A DNA stretch of 64,000 nucleotides. It comes from Eledone cirrhosa (Eukaryota). The notes under the pieces are model-generated. The model ran no database searches. It worked only from the letters and a program-made list of their open reading frames with translations, and was not told the origin of the DNA. The DNA lies in contig OZ024757.1 in the NCBI GenBank assembly GCA_964016885.1, positions 42,904,001 to 42,968,000 on the forward strand, written 5' to 3'. Shown here in pieces: positions 26,659 through 40,200 of this stretch. Position numbers and translations under genes: made by a program. How positions within the stretch are numbered: position 1 is the first letter of the stretch; each line of letters begins with the position of its first letter.

Positions 26659-29600
26659 CAAGGCCGCCGGACCGTACTGCGCATGCGCCAAGGCCACCTG
26701 ACTGTACTGCGCATGCATCAAGGTCCCAGTACCGAACTGCGCATGCACCAAGACCGCCGGACCGTAGTGCGCATGCGCCAGAGCCGCCGAACCGTAGTGC
26801 GCATGCGCCAAGGCCGCCGGACCATACTGCGCATGCGCCAGGGCCGCCGGACCGTAGTGCGCATGCGCCAAAGACGCCGGACCGTAGTGCGCATGCGCCA
26901 AGGCCACCTGACTGTACTGCGCATGCGTCAAGGTCGCAGTACCGAACTGCGCATGCGCTAAGGCCGCCGGACCGTACTGCGCATGCGCCAAGGCCGCCTG
27001 ACTGTACTGCGCATGCGTCAAGGTCGCAGTACCGAACTACGCATGCGTTAAGGCCGCCGGACCGTACTGCGCATGTGCCAAGGCCGCCGGACCGTAGTGC
27101 GCATGCGCCAAAGCCGCCGAACCGTACTGCGCATGCGCCAAGGCCGCCGGACCGTAGTGCGCATGCGCCAAGACCGACTGACTGTACTGCGCATGCGTCA
27201 AGGTCCCAGTACCGAACTGCGCATGCGCTAAGGCCGCCGGACCGTACTGCGCATGCGCCAAGGCCGCCGGGCCGCAGTGCGCATGCGCCAGAGCCGCCGA
27301 ACCGTAGTGCGCCTGCGTCAAGGTCGCCGGACCATACTGCGCATGCGCCAAGCCCTCCGGACCGTAGTGCGCATGCGCTAAGGCCGCCGAACCGTACTGC
27401 GCATGCGCCAAAGCAGCTGGACCGTAGTGCGCATGCGCCAAGGCCACGGGACGGTACTGCGCATGATCCAAGACCGCCGGATCGTACTGCGCATGCCCCA
27501 AGGCCGTCGGACAGTAGTGCGCATGTGCCAAGGCCGCCAGACCGTAGTGCGCATGCTCCAAGACCGCCGGATCTTACTGCGCATGCCCCAAGGCCGTCGG
27601 ACCGTAGTGCGCATGTGCCAAGGCCGCCAGACCGTAGTGCGCATGCGCCAAGGCCGCCGAACCGTACTGCGCATGCGCCAAGGCTGCCGGACCTTTGTGC
27701 GCATGCGGTTCGGCGGCCTTGGCGCATGCGCACTACGGTCCGGCGACCTTCCCGCATGCGCACTACGTTCCGGTGGCCTTGGCACATGCGCAGTACGGTC
27801 CGGCGGCTTTGGCGCATGCGCACTACGGTCTGGCAGCCTTGGCGCATGCGCACTACGGTCCGGCGGCCTTGGCGCATGCGCACTACGTTCCGGCGGCCTT
27901 GGCGCATGCGCAGTACGGTCCGGCGGCCTTGGCGCATGCGCACAAAGGTACGGCGGCCTTGGCGCATGCGCACTACGTTCCGGTGGCCTTGACGCATGCG
28001 CAGTACTGTCCAGTGGCCGTGGGGCATGCGCACTACAGTCCAGTGGCCTTGGCGCATGCGCAGTAAGGTCCGGCGGCCTTAGCGCATGCGCAGTAAGGTC
28101 CGGCGGCCATGGCGCATGCGCACTAAGGGCCAGCGGTCTTTGCGCATGCGCACAACGGTACGGCGGCCTTGGCGCATGCGCACTACGTTCCGGTGGCCTT
28201 GACGCATGCGCAGTACTGTCCAGTGGCCTTGGCGCATGCGCAGTAAGGTCCGGCGGCCTTAGCGCATGCGCAGTACGTTCCGGCGGCCTTGGCGCATGCG
28301 CACTAAGGGCCATCGTTCTTTGCGCATGCGCACAACGGTCCGGCGGCCTTGGTGCATGCGCACTACGGTCCGGCAGCCTTGGCGCATGCGCACTACGGTC
28401 CGGCGGCTTTGGTGCATGCGCACTACGGTCTAGCAGCATTGGGGCATGCGCACTACAGCCCGGCGGCCTTGGCGCATGCGCAGTACGGCCCGGCGACCTT
28501 GGCGCATGCGCACTACGGTCTGGCGGCCTTGGCGCACGCGCACCACGGTCCGGCGGTCTTGGCGCATGCGCACTACGGTCCGGCAACCTTGCCGCATGCG
28601 CACTACGTTCCGGTGGCCTTGGCACATGCGCAGTACGGTCCGGTGGCTTTGGCGCATGCGCACTACGGTCTGGCAGACTTGGCGCATGCGCACTACGGTC
28701 CGATGGCCTTGGCGCATGCGCACTACGTCCTGCTGGCCTTGGCGCCTGCACAATACAGTCCAGTGGCCTTGGCGCATGCGCAGTAAGGCCCGGCGGCCTT
28801 AGCGCATGCGCAGTAAGGTCCGGCGGCCATGGCGCATGCGCACTAAGGGCCAGCGGTCTTTGCGCATGCGCACAATGGTACGGCAACCTTGGCGCATGCG
28901 CACTACGTTCCGGTGGCCTTGACGCATGCGCAGTACTGTCCAGTGGCCTTGGCGCATGCGCAGTAAGGTCCGGCGGCCTTAGCGCATGCGCAGTACGTTC
29001 CGGCGGCCTTGGCGCATGCGCACTAAGGGCCATCGTTCTTTACGCACCGTACTGCGCATGCGCCAAGGCCGCCGGACCGTAGTGCGCATGCGCCAAGGCC
29101 GCCTGACTGTACTGCGCATGCATCAAAGTCCCAGTACCGTACTGCGCATGCACCAAGACCGCCGGACCGTAGTGCGCATGCGCCAGAGCCGCCGAACCGT
29201 AGTGCGCATGCGCCAAGGCCGCCGGACCATACTGCGCATGCGCCAAGGCCGCCGGACCGTAGTGCGCATGCGCCAAAGACGCGGGCCCGTAGTGCGCATG
29301 CGCCAAGGCCACCTGACTGTACTGCGCATGCGTCAAGGTCGCAGTACTTAACTGCGCATGCGCTAAGGCCGCCGGATCGTAATGCGCATGCGCCAAGGCC
29401 GCCTGACTGTACTGCGCATGCGTCAAGGTCGCAGTACCGAACTGCGCATGCCTTAAGGCCGCCGGACCGTACTGCGCATGCGCCAAGGCCGCCGGACCGT
29501 AGTGCGCATGCGCCAAGGCCGCCTGACTGTACTGCGCATGCGTCAAGGTCCCAGTACCGAACTGCGCATGCGCTAAGGCCGCCGGACCGTACTGCGCATG

Positions 29601-31827
29601 CGCCAAGGCCGCCGGACCGCAGTGCGCATGCGCCAGAGCCGCCGAACCGTAGTGCGCATGCGTCAAGGTCGCCGGACCATACTGCGCATGCGCCAAGCCC
29701 GCCGGACCGTAGTGCGCATGGGCCAAAGCCGCCTGACCGTACTGCGCATGCGCCAAGTCCGCAGTACCGTACTGCGCATGCACCAAGACCGCCGGACCGT
29801 AGTGCGCATGCGCCAGAGCCGCCGAACCGTAGTGCGCATGCGCCAAGGCCGCCGGAACGTACTGCGCATGCGCTAAGGCCGCCGGACCTTACTGCGCATG
29901 CGCCAAGGCCACTGGACAGTACTGCGCATGCGTCAAGGCCACCAGAACGTAGTGCGCATGCGCCAAGGCCGCCGTACCGTTGTGCGCATGCGCAAAGACC
30001 GCTGGCCCTTAGTGCGCATGCGCCATGGCCGCCGGACCTTACTGCGCATGCGCCAAGGCCACCGGACTGTAGTGCGCATGCCCCAAGGCCACTGGACAGT
30101 ACTGCGCATGCGTCAAGGCCACCGGAACGTAGTGCGCATGCGCCAAGGCCGCCGTACCGTTGTGCGCATGCGCCAAGGCCGCTGGACCGTACTGCGCATG
30201 CGCAAAGGCCACCGGAACGTAGTGCGCATGCGCCAAGGCCGCCGGAACGTAGTGCGCATGCGCCAAGGCCGCCGGACCGTAGTGCGCATGCGCCAAGACT
30301 GACAGACCATAGTGCGCATGCGCCAAAGCCGCCGGACCTTACTGCGCATGCGCCAAGGCCACTGGAGCGTACTGCGCATGCGCCAAGGCCACCGGAACGT
30401 AGTGCGCATGCGCCAAGGCCGCCGGACCGTAGTGCGCATGCGCCAAGGCTGCCAGACCGTAGTGCGCATGCGCCAAAGCCGCCGGAACGTAGTGCGCATG
30501 CGGGAAGGTCGCCGGACCGTAGTGCGCATGCGCCAAGGCCGCCGAACCGCATGCGCACAAAGGTCCGGCGGCCTTGGCGCATGCGCAGTACGGTTCGGCG
30601 GCCTTGGCGCATGCGCACTACGGTCTGGCGGCCTTGGCACATGCGCACTACGGTCCGACGGCCTTGGGGCATGCGCAGTAAGATCCGGCGGTCTTGGAGC
30701 ATGCGCACTACGGTCTGGCGGCCTTGGCGCATGCGCACTACGGTCTGGCAGCCTTGGCGCATGCGCACTACGGTCCGGCGCCCTTGGCGCATGCGCACTA
30801 CTTTCCGGTGGCCTTGGCGCATGCGCAGTACGCTCCAGTGGCCTTGGCGCATGCGCAGTAAGGTCCGGCGGCTTTGGCGCATGCGCACTATGGTCTGTCA
30901 GTCTTGGCGCATGCGCACTACGGTCCGGCGGCCTTGGCGCATGCGCACTACGTTCCGGCGGCCTTGGCGCATGCGCACTACGTTCCGGTGGCCTTTGCGC
31001 ATGCGCAGTACGGTCCAGCGGCCTTGGCGCATGCGCACAACGGTACGGCGGCCTTGGCGCATGCGCACTACGGCCCGGTGGCCTTGACGCATGCGCAGTA
31101 CTGTCCAGTGGCCTTGGGGCATGCGCACTACAGTCCAGTGGCCTTGGCGCATGCGCAGTAAGGTCCGGCGGCCATGGCGCATGCGCACTAAGGGCCAGCG
31201 GTCTTTGCGCATGCGCACAACGGTACGGCGGCCTTGGCGCATGCGCACTACGTTCTGGTGGCCTTGACGCATGCGCAGTACTGTCCAGTGGCCTTGGCGC
31301 ATGCGCAGTAAGGTCCGGCGGCCTTAGCGCATGCGCAGTACGTTCCGGCGGCCTTGGCGCATGCTCACTAAGATGGCCATCGTTCTTTGCGCATGCGCAC
31401 AACGGTCCGGCGGCCTTGGTGCATGCGCACTACGGTCCGGCAGCCTTGGCGCATGCGCACTACGGTCCGGTGGCTTTGGTGCATGCGCACTACGGTCTAG
31501 CAGCATTGGGGCATGCGCACTACAGCCCGGCGGCCTTGGCGCATGCGCAGTACGGCCCGGCGACCTTGGCGCATGCGCACTACGGTCTGGCGGCCTTGGC
31601 GCACGCGCACTACGGTCCGGCGGTCTTGGCGCATGCGCACTACGGTCCGGCGACCTTGCCGCATGCGCACTACGTTCCGGTGGCCTTGGCACAGGCGCAG
31701 TACGGTTCGGTGGCTTTGGCGCATGCGCACTACGGTCTGGCAGACTTGGCGCATGCGCACTACGGTCCGATGGCCTTGGCGCATGCGCACTACGTCCTGG
31801 TGGACTTGGCGCATGCGCAGTACAGTC

Positions 31828-31882
31828 CATATTTAGCCATTTTGAGTTATTTTAGTAATTTATGATGCAGTTTAACCATTTT
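31828..31882 (+). repeat. AT-rich island, 55-bp class
   Basis: Copy of 15389-15443. Confidence 0.92.
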
Positions 31883-34737
31883 CAAGGCCGCCGGACCGTA
31901 CTGCGCATGCGCCAAGGCCACCTGACTGTACTGCGCATGCGTCAAGGTCGCAGTACCGAACTGCGCATGCGCTAAGGCCGCCGGACCGTACTGCGCATGC
32001 GCCAAGGCCGCCTGACTGTACTGCGCATGCGTCAAGGTCGCAGTACCGAACTACGCATGCGTTAAGGCCGCCGGACCGTACTGCGCATGTGCCAAGGCCG
32101 CCGGACCGTAGTGCGCATGCGCCAAAGCCGCCGAACCGTACTGCGCATGCGCCAAGGCCGCCGGACCGTAGTGCGCATGCGCCAAGACCGACTGACTGTA
32201 CTGCGCATGCGTCAAGGTCCCAGTACCGGACTGCGCATGCGCTAAGGCCGCCGGACCGTACTGCGCATGCGCCAAGGCCGCCGGACCGCAGTGCGCATGC
32301 GCCAGAGCCGCCGAACCGTAGTGCGCCTGCGTCAAGGTCGCCGGACCATACTGCGCATGCGCCAAGCCCTCCGGACCGTAGTGCGCATGCGCTAAGGCCG
32401 CCGAACCGTACTGCGCATGCGCCAAAGCAGCTGGACCGTAGTGCGCATGCGCCAAGGCCACGGGACGGTACTGCGCATGATCCAAGACCGCCGGATCGTA
32501 CTGCGCATGCCCCAAGGCCGTCGGACAGTAGTGCGCATGTGCCAAGGCCGCCAGACCGTAGTGCGCATGCTCCAAGACCGCCGGATCTTACTGCGCATGC
32601 CCCAAGGCCGTCGGACCGTAGTGCGCATGTGCCAAGGCCGCCAGACCGTAGTGCGCATGCGCCAAGGCCGCCGAACCGTACTGCGCATGCGCCAAGGCTG
32701 CCGGACCTTTGTGCGCATGCGGTTCGGCGGCCTTGGCGCATGCGCACTACGGTCCGGCGACCTTCCCGCATGCGCACTACATTCCGGTGGCCTTGGCACA
32801 TGCGCAGTACGGTCCGGCGGCTTTGGCGCATGCGCACTACGGTCTGGCAGCCTTGGCGCATGCGCACTACGGTCCGGCGGCCTTGGCGCATGCGCACTAC
32901 GTTCCGGCGGCCTTGGCGCATGCGCAGTACGGTCCAGCGGCCTTGGCGCATGCGCACAAAGGTACGGCGGCCTTGGCGCATGCGCACTACGTTCCGGTGG
33001 CCTTGACGCATGCGCAGTACTGTCCAGTGGCCGTGGGGCATGCGCACTACAGTCCAGTGGCCTTGGCGCATGCGCAGTAAGGTCCGGCGGCCTTAGCGCA
33101 TGCGCAGTAAGGTCCGGCGGCCATGGCGCATGCGCACTAAGGGCCAGCGGTCTTTGCGCATGCGCACAACGGTACGGCGGCCTTGGCGCATGCGCACTAC
33201 GTTCCGGTGGCCTTGACGCATGCGCAGTACTGTCCAGTGGCCTTGGCGCATGCGCAGTAAGGTCCGGCGGCCTTAGCGCATGCGCAGTACGTTCCGGCGG
33301 CCTTGGCGCATGCGCACTAAGGGCCATCGTTCTTTGCGCATGCGCACAACGGTCCGGCGGCCTTGGTGCATGCGCACTACGGTCCGGCAGCCTTGGCGCA
33401 TGCGCACTACGGTCCGGCGACTTTGGTGCATGCGCACTACGGTCTAGCAGCATTGGGGCATGCGCACTACAGCCCGGCGGCCTTGGCGCATGCGCAGTAC
33501 GGCCCGGCGACCTTGGCGCATGCGCACTACGGTCTGGCGGCCTTGGCGCACGCGCACCACGGTCCGGCGGTCTTGGCGCATGCGCACTACGGTCCGGCGA
33601 CCTTGCCGCATGCGCACTACGTTCCGGTGGCCTTGGCACATGCGCAGTACGGTCCGGTGGCTTTGGCGCATGCGCACTACGGTCTGGCAGACTTGGCGCA
33701 TGCGCACTACGGTCCGATGGCCTTGGCGCATGCGCACTACGTCCTGGTGGCCTTGGCGCATGCGCAGTACAGTCCAGTGGCCTTGGCGCATGCGCAGTAA
33801 GGTCCGGCGGCCTTAGCGCATGCGCAGTAAGGTCCGGCGGCCATGGCGCATGCGCACTAAGGGCCAGCGGTCTTTGCGCATGCGCACAACGGTACGGCGG
33901 CCTTGGCGCATGCGCACTACTTTCCGGTGGCCTTGACGCATGCGCAGTACTGTCTTGTGGCCTTGGCGCATGCGCAGTAAGGTCCGGCGGCCTGAGCGCA
34001 TGCGCAGTACGTTCCGGCGGCCTTGGCGCATGCGCACTAAGGACCATTGTTCTTTGCGCATGCGCACAACGGTCCGGCGGCCTTGGTGCATGCGCACTAA
34101 GGGCCAGCGGTCTTTGCGCATGCGCACAACGGTCCGGCGGCCTTGGCGCATGCACACTACGGCACGGCGGCCTTGGCGCATGCGCACTACGGTCTGGCAG
34201 CATTGGCGCATGCACACTACGCTCCGGCGGTCTTGGCGCATGCGCACTACGGTCCGGCGACCTTGCCGCATGCGCACTACGTTCCGGTGGCCTTGGCACA
34301 TGCGCAGTACGGTCCGGTGGCTTTAGCGCATTCGTACTACGGTCTGGCAGACTTGGCGCATGCGCACTACGGTCCGATGGCATTGGCGCGTGCGCACTAC
34401 GGTCCAGTGGCCTTGGCGCATGCGCACAACGGTCCGGCGGCCTTGGCGCATGCGCACTACGGTCCGGCAGCTTTGGTGCATGCGCACTACGGTCTGGCAG
34501 CATTGGCGCATGCGCACTACGGTCCGGCGGCCTTGGCGCATGCGCAGTACGGCCCGGCGGCCTTGGCGCATGTGCACTACGGTCTGGCGGCCTTCGCGCA
34601 TGCGCACTACGGTCCGGCGGCCTTGGCGCATGCGCACTACGGTCCGGCGGCGTTGGCGCATGCGCACTACGGTTCGGAGGCCTTGGCGCATGCGCACGAC
34701 GGTCCGAAGTCCTTGACGCATGTGCAGTACGGTCCGG

Positions 34738-35003
34738 ATGACTTTTTAGCCATTTTAAGCCTTTATGTTGCCATATTTAGCCATTTTGAGTTATTTTAGA
34801 AATTTATGATGCAGTTTAACCATTTTAGAGCCATTTATAGTCATTTTAGACGTTTCAGTCGTGTTAGAGTCATTCTAGTCAATTATGATACGGTTTTAGC
34901 ATTTTATTGTCACTTTAGGCATTTATTATGCCGTCTTAGCCATTTTGTTGTAATTTCAGACATACATGATGACATTTCGGCCATGTTAGTCCTTTTTGAT
35001 GAC
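34738..35003 (+). repeat. AT-rich island, 266-bp class
   Basis: ATGACTTTTTAGCCATTTTAAGCC...CTTTTTGATGAC at an F-to-R switch. Confidence 0.92.
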
Positions 35004-36967
35004 GTGCCCATGCGCCAAGACCGCCAGACCGTACTGCGCACGCGCCGAGACGGCCTGATCGTAGTGCGCATGCGCCAAAGCCGCCTAACCGTAGTGCGCA
35101 TGCGCCAAGGCCGCCGATACATAGTGCACATGCGCCAAGGCCGTCGGACCATACTGCGCATGCGCCAAGGGCGCCGGACCGTTGTGCGCATGCGCCAAGG
35201 CCACCTGACTGTACTGCGCATGCGTCAAGGTCGCAGTACCGAACTGCGCATGCGCTAAGGCCGCCGGACCGTAGTGCGCATGCACCAAGGCCGCCGGACC
35301 GTTGTGCGCATGCGCAAAGAACGATGGCCCTTAGTGCGCATGCGCCAAGGCCGTCGGAACGTACTGCGCATGCGCTAAGGCCGCCGGACCTTACTGCGCA
35401 TGCGCCAAGGCCACTGGACAGTACTGCGCATGCGCCAAGGCCACCGGAACGTAGTGCGCATGCGCCAAGGCCGCCGGAACGTAGTGCGCATGCGCGAAGG
35501 CCGCCGGACCGTAGTGCGCATGCGCCAACACTGACAGACCATAGTGCGCATGCGCCAAAGCCGCCGGACCTTACTGCGCATGCGCCAAGGCCACTGGAGC
35601 GTACTGCGCATGCGCCAAGGCCACCGGAACGTAGTGCGCGCCGCCGGACCGTAGTGCGCATGCGCCAATGCTGCCAGACCGTAGTGCGCATGCACCAAAG
35701 CCGCCGGACCGTAGTGTGCAGGCGCCAAGGCCGCCGGGCCGTAGTGTGCATGCGCCAAGGCCGCCGGACCGTTGTGCGCATGCGCACTACGGTCTGGCGG
35801 CCTTGGCGCACGCGCACCACGGTCCGGCGGTCTTGGCGCATGCGCACTACGTTCCGGCGGCCTTGGCGCATGCGCAGTACGGTCCAGCGGCCTTGGCGCA
35901 TGCGCACAAAGGTACGGCGGCCTTGGCGCATGCGCACTACGTTCCGGTGGCCTTGACGCATGCGCAGTACTGTCCAGTGGCCGTGGGGCATGCGCACTAC
36001 AGTCCAGTGGCCTTGGCGCATGCGCACTAAGGGCCAGCGGTCTTTGCGCATGCGCACAACGGTACGGCGGCCTTGGCGCATGCGCACTACGTTCCGGTGG
36101 CCTTGACGCATGCGCAGTACTGTCCAGTGGCCTTGGCGCATGCGCAGTAAGGTCCGGCGGCCTTAGCGCATGCGCAGTACGTTCCGGCGGCCTTGGCGCA
36201 TGCGCACTAAGGGCCATCGTTCTTTGCGCATGCGCACAACGGTCCGGCGGCCTTGGTGCATGCGCACTACGGTCCGGCAGCCTTGGCGCATGCGCACTAC
36301 GGTCCGGCGGCTTTGGTGCATGCGCACTACGGTCTAGCAGCATTGGGGCATGCGCACTACAGCCCGGCGGCCTTGGCGCATGCGCAGTACGGCCCGGCGA
36401 CCTTGGCGCATGCGCACTACGGTCTGGCGGCCTTGGCGCACGCGCACCACGGTCCGGCGGTCTTGGCGCATGCGCACTACGGTCCGGCGACCTTGCCGCA
36501 TGCGCACTACGTTCCGGTGGCCTTGGCACATGCGCAGTACGGTCCGGTGGCTTTAGCGCATTCGTACTACGGTCTGGCAGACTTGGCGCATGCGCACTAC
36601 GGTCCGATGGCATTGGCGCGTGCGCACTACGGTCCAGTGGCCTTGGCGCATGCGCACAACGGTCCGGCGGCCTTGGCGCATGCGCACTACGGTCCGGCAG
36701 CTTTGGTGCATGCGCACTACGGTCTGGCAGCATTGGCGCATGCGCACTACGGTCCGGCGGCCTTGGCGCATGCGCAGTACGGCCCGGCGGCCTTGGCGCA
36801 TGTGCACTACGGTCTGGCGGCCTTCGCGCATGCGCACTACGGTCCGGCGGCCTTGGCGCATGCGCACTACGGTCCGGCGGCGTTGGCGCATGCGCACTAC
36901 GGTTCGGAGGCCTTGGCGCATGCGCACGACGGTCCGAAGTCCTTGACGCATGTGCAGTACGGTCCGG

Positions 36968-37233
36968 ATGACTTTTTAGCCATTTTAAGCCTTTATGTTG
37001 CCATATTTAGCCATTTTGAGTTATTTTAGAAATTTATGATGCAGTTTAACCATTTTAGAGCCATTTATAGTCATTTTAGACGTTTCAGTCGTGTTAGAGT
37101 CATTCTAGTCAATTATGATACGGTTTTAGCATTTTATTGTCACTTTAGGCATTTATTATGCCGTCTTAGCCATTTTGTTGTAATTTCAGACATACATGAT
37201 GACATTTCGGCCATGTTAGTCCTTTTTGATGAC
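36968..37233 (+). repeat. AT-rich island, 266-bp class
   Basis: Copy of 34738-35003. Confidence 0.92.
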
Positions 37234-40200
37234 GTGCCCATGCGCCAAGACCGCCAGACCGTACTGCGCACGCGCCGAGACGGCCTGATCGTAGTGCGCA
37301 TGCGCCAAAGCCGCCTAACCGTAGTGCGCATGCGCCAAGGCCGCCGATACATAGTGCACATGCGCCAAGGCCGTCGGACCATACTGCGCATGCGCCAAGG
37401 GCGCCGGACCGTTGTGCGCATGCGCCAAGGCCACCTGACTGTACTGCGCATGCGTCAAGGTCGCAGTACCGAACTGCGCATGCGCTAAGGCCGCCGGACC
37501 GTAGTGCGCATGCACCAAGGCCGCCGGACCGTTGTGCGCATGCGCAAAGAACGATGGCCCTTAGTGCGCATGCGCCAAGGCCGTCGGAACGTACTGCGCA
37601 TGCGCTAAGGCCGCCGGACCTTACTGCGCATGCGCCAAGGCCACTGGACAGTACTGCGCATGCGCCAAGGCCACCGGAACGTAGTGCGCATGCGCCAAGG
37701 CCGCCAGAACGTAGTGCGCATGCGCGAAGGCCGCCGGACCGTAGTGCGCATGCGCCAACACTGACAGACCATAGTGCGCATGCGCCAAAGCCGCCGGACC
37801 TTACTGCGCATGCGCCAAGGCCACTGGAGCGTACTGCGCATGCGCCAAGGCCACCGGAACGTAGTGCGCGCCGCCGGACCGTAGTGCGCATGCGCCAATG
37901 CTGCCAGACCGTAGTGCGCATGCACCAAAGCCGCCGGACCGTAGTGTGCAGGCGCCAAGGCCGCCGGGCCGTAGTGTGCATGCGCCAAGGCCGCCGGACC
38001 GTTGTGCGCATGCGCACTACGGTCTGGCGGCCTTGGCGCACGCGCACCACGGTCCGGCGGTCTTGGCGCATGCGCACTACGTTCCGGCGGCCTTGGCGCA
38101 TGCGCAGTACGGTCCAGCGGCCTTGGCGCATGCGCACAAAGGTACGGCGGCCTTGGCGCATGCGCACTACGTTCCGGTGGCCTTGACGCATGCGCAGTAC
38201 TGTCCAGTGGCCGTGGGGCATGCGCACTACAGTCCAGTGGCCTTGGCGCATGCGCACTAAGGGCCAGCGGTCTTTGCGCATGCGCACAACGGTACGGCGG
38301 CCTTGGCGCATGCGCACTACGTTCCGGTGGCCTTGACGCATGCGCAGTACTGTCCAGTGGCCTTGGCGCATGCGCAGTAAGGTCCGGCGGCCTTAGCGCA
38401 TGCGCAGTACGTTCCGGCGGCCTTGGCGCATGCGCACTAAGGGCCATCGTTCTTTGCGCATGCGCACAACGGTCCGGCGGCCTTGGTGCATGCGCACTAC
38501 GGTCCGGCAGCCTTGGCGCATGCGCACTACGGTCCGGCGGCTTTGGTGCATGCGCACTACGGTCTAGCAGCATTGGGGCATGCGCACTACAGCCCGGCGG
38601 CCTTGGCGCATGCGCAGTACGGCCCGGCGACCTTGGCGCATGCGCACTACGGTCTGGCGGCCTTGGCGCACGCGCACCACGGTCCGGCGGTCTTGGCGCA
38701 TGCGCACTACGGTCCGGCGACCTTGCCGCATGCGCACTACGTTCCGGTGGCCTTGGCACATGCGCAGTACGGTCCGGTGGCTTTGGCGCATGCGCACTAC
38801 GGTCTGGCAGACTTGGCGCATGCGCACTACGGTCCGATGGCCTTGGCGCATGCGCACTACGTCCTGCTGGCCTTGGCGCCTGCACAATACAGTCCAGTGG
38901 CCTTGGCGCATGCGCAGTAAGGCCCGGCGGCCTTAGCGCATGCGCAGTAAGGTCCGGCGGCCATGGCGCATGCGCACTAAGGGCCAGCGGTCTTTGCGCA
39001 TGCGCACAATGGTACGGCAACCTTGGCGCATGCGCACTACGTTCCGGTGGCCTTGACGCATGCGCAGTACTGTCCAGTGGCCTTGGCGCATGCGCAGTAA
39101 GGTCCGGCGGCCTTAGCGCATGCGCAGTACGTTCCGGCGGCCTTGGCGCATGCGCACTAAGGGCCATCGTTCTTTGCGCACCGTACTGCGCATGCGCCAA
39201 GGCCGCCGGACCGTAGTGCGCATGCGCCAAGGCCGCCTGACTGTACTGCGCATGCATCAAAGTCCCAGTACCGTACTGCGCATGCACCAAGACCGCCGGA
39301 CCGTAGTGCGCATGCGCCAGAGCCGCCGAACCGTAGTGCGCATGCGCCAAGGCCGCCGGACCATACTGCGCATGCGCCAAGGCTGCCGGACCGTAGTGCG
39401 CATGCGCCAAAGACGCGGGCCCGTAGTGCGCATGCGCCAAGGCCACCTGACTGTACTGCGCATGCGTCAAGGTCGCAGTACTTAACTGCGCATGCGCTAA
39501 GGCCGCCGGATCGTAATGCGCATGCGCCAAGGCCGCCTGACTGTACTGCGCATGCGTCAAGGTCGCAGTACCGAACTGCGCATGCGTTAAGGCCGCCGGA
39601 CCGTACTGCGCATGCGCCAAGGCCGCCGGACCGTAGTGCGCATGCGCCAAGGCCGCCTGACTGTACTGCGCATGCGTCAAGGTCCCAGTACCGAACTGCG
39701 CATGCGCTAAGGCCGCCGGACCGTACTGCGCATGCGCCAAGGCCGCCGGACCGCAGTGCGCATGCGCCAGAGCCGCCGAACCGTAATGCGCATGCGGCAA
39801 GGTCGCCGGACCATACTGCGCATGCGCCAAGCCCGCCGGACCGTAGTGCGCATGGGCCAAAGCCGCCTGACCGTACTGCGCATGCGCCAAGTCCGCAGTA
39901 CCGTACTGCGCATGCGACAAGGCCGCAGTACCGTAGTGCGCATGCGCCAGGGCCATATGACCGTAGTGCGCATGCGCCAAGACCGCCGGACCGTAGTGCG
40001 CATGCGCCAAGACCGCCGGACCGTAGTGCGCGTGCGCCAAGGCCGCCAGACCGTAGTGCGCATGCGCCAAGGTCGCCGGGCCGTACTGCGCATGCGCCAA
40101 GGCCGCCGGGCTGTAGTGCGCATGCCCCAATGCTGCTAGACCGTAGTGCGCATGCACCAAAGCCACCGGACCGTAGTGCGCATGCGCCAAGGCTGCCGGA

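Larger units (their letters stand above)
34222..38783 (+). repeat. 2230-bp tandem duplication containing a 266-bp island and a seamless dyad inversion junction
   Basis: Islands at 34738/36968 and junctions at 35780/38010 repeat at offset 2230, as do rare variants (CTTTAGCGCATTCGTAC; the 20-bp short monomer GTAGTGCGCGCCGCC). Confidence 0.88.
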
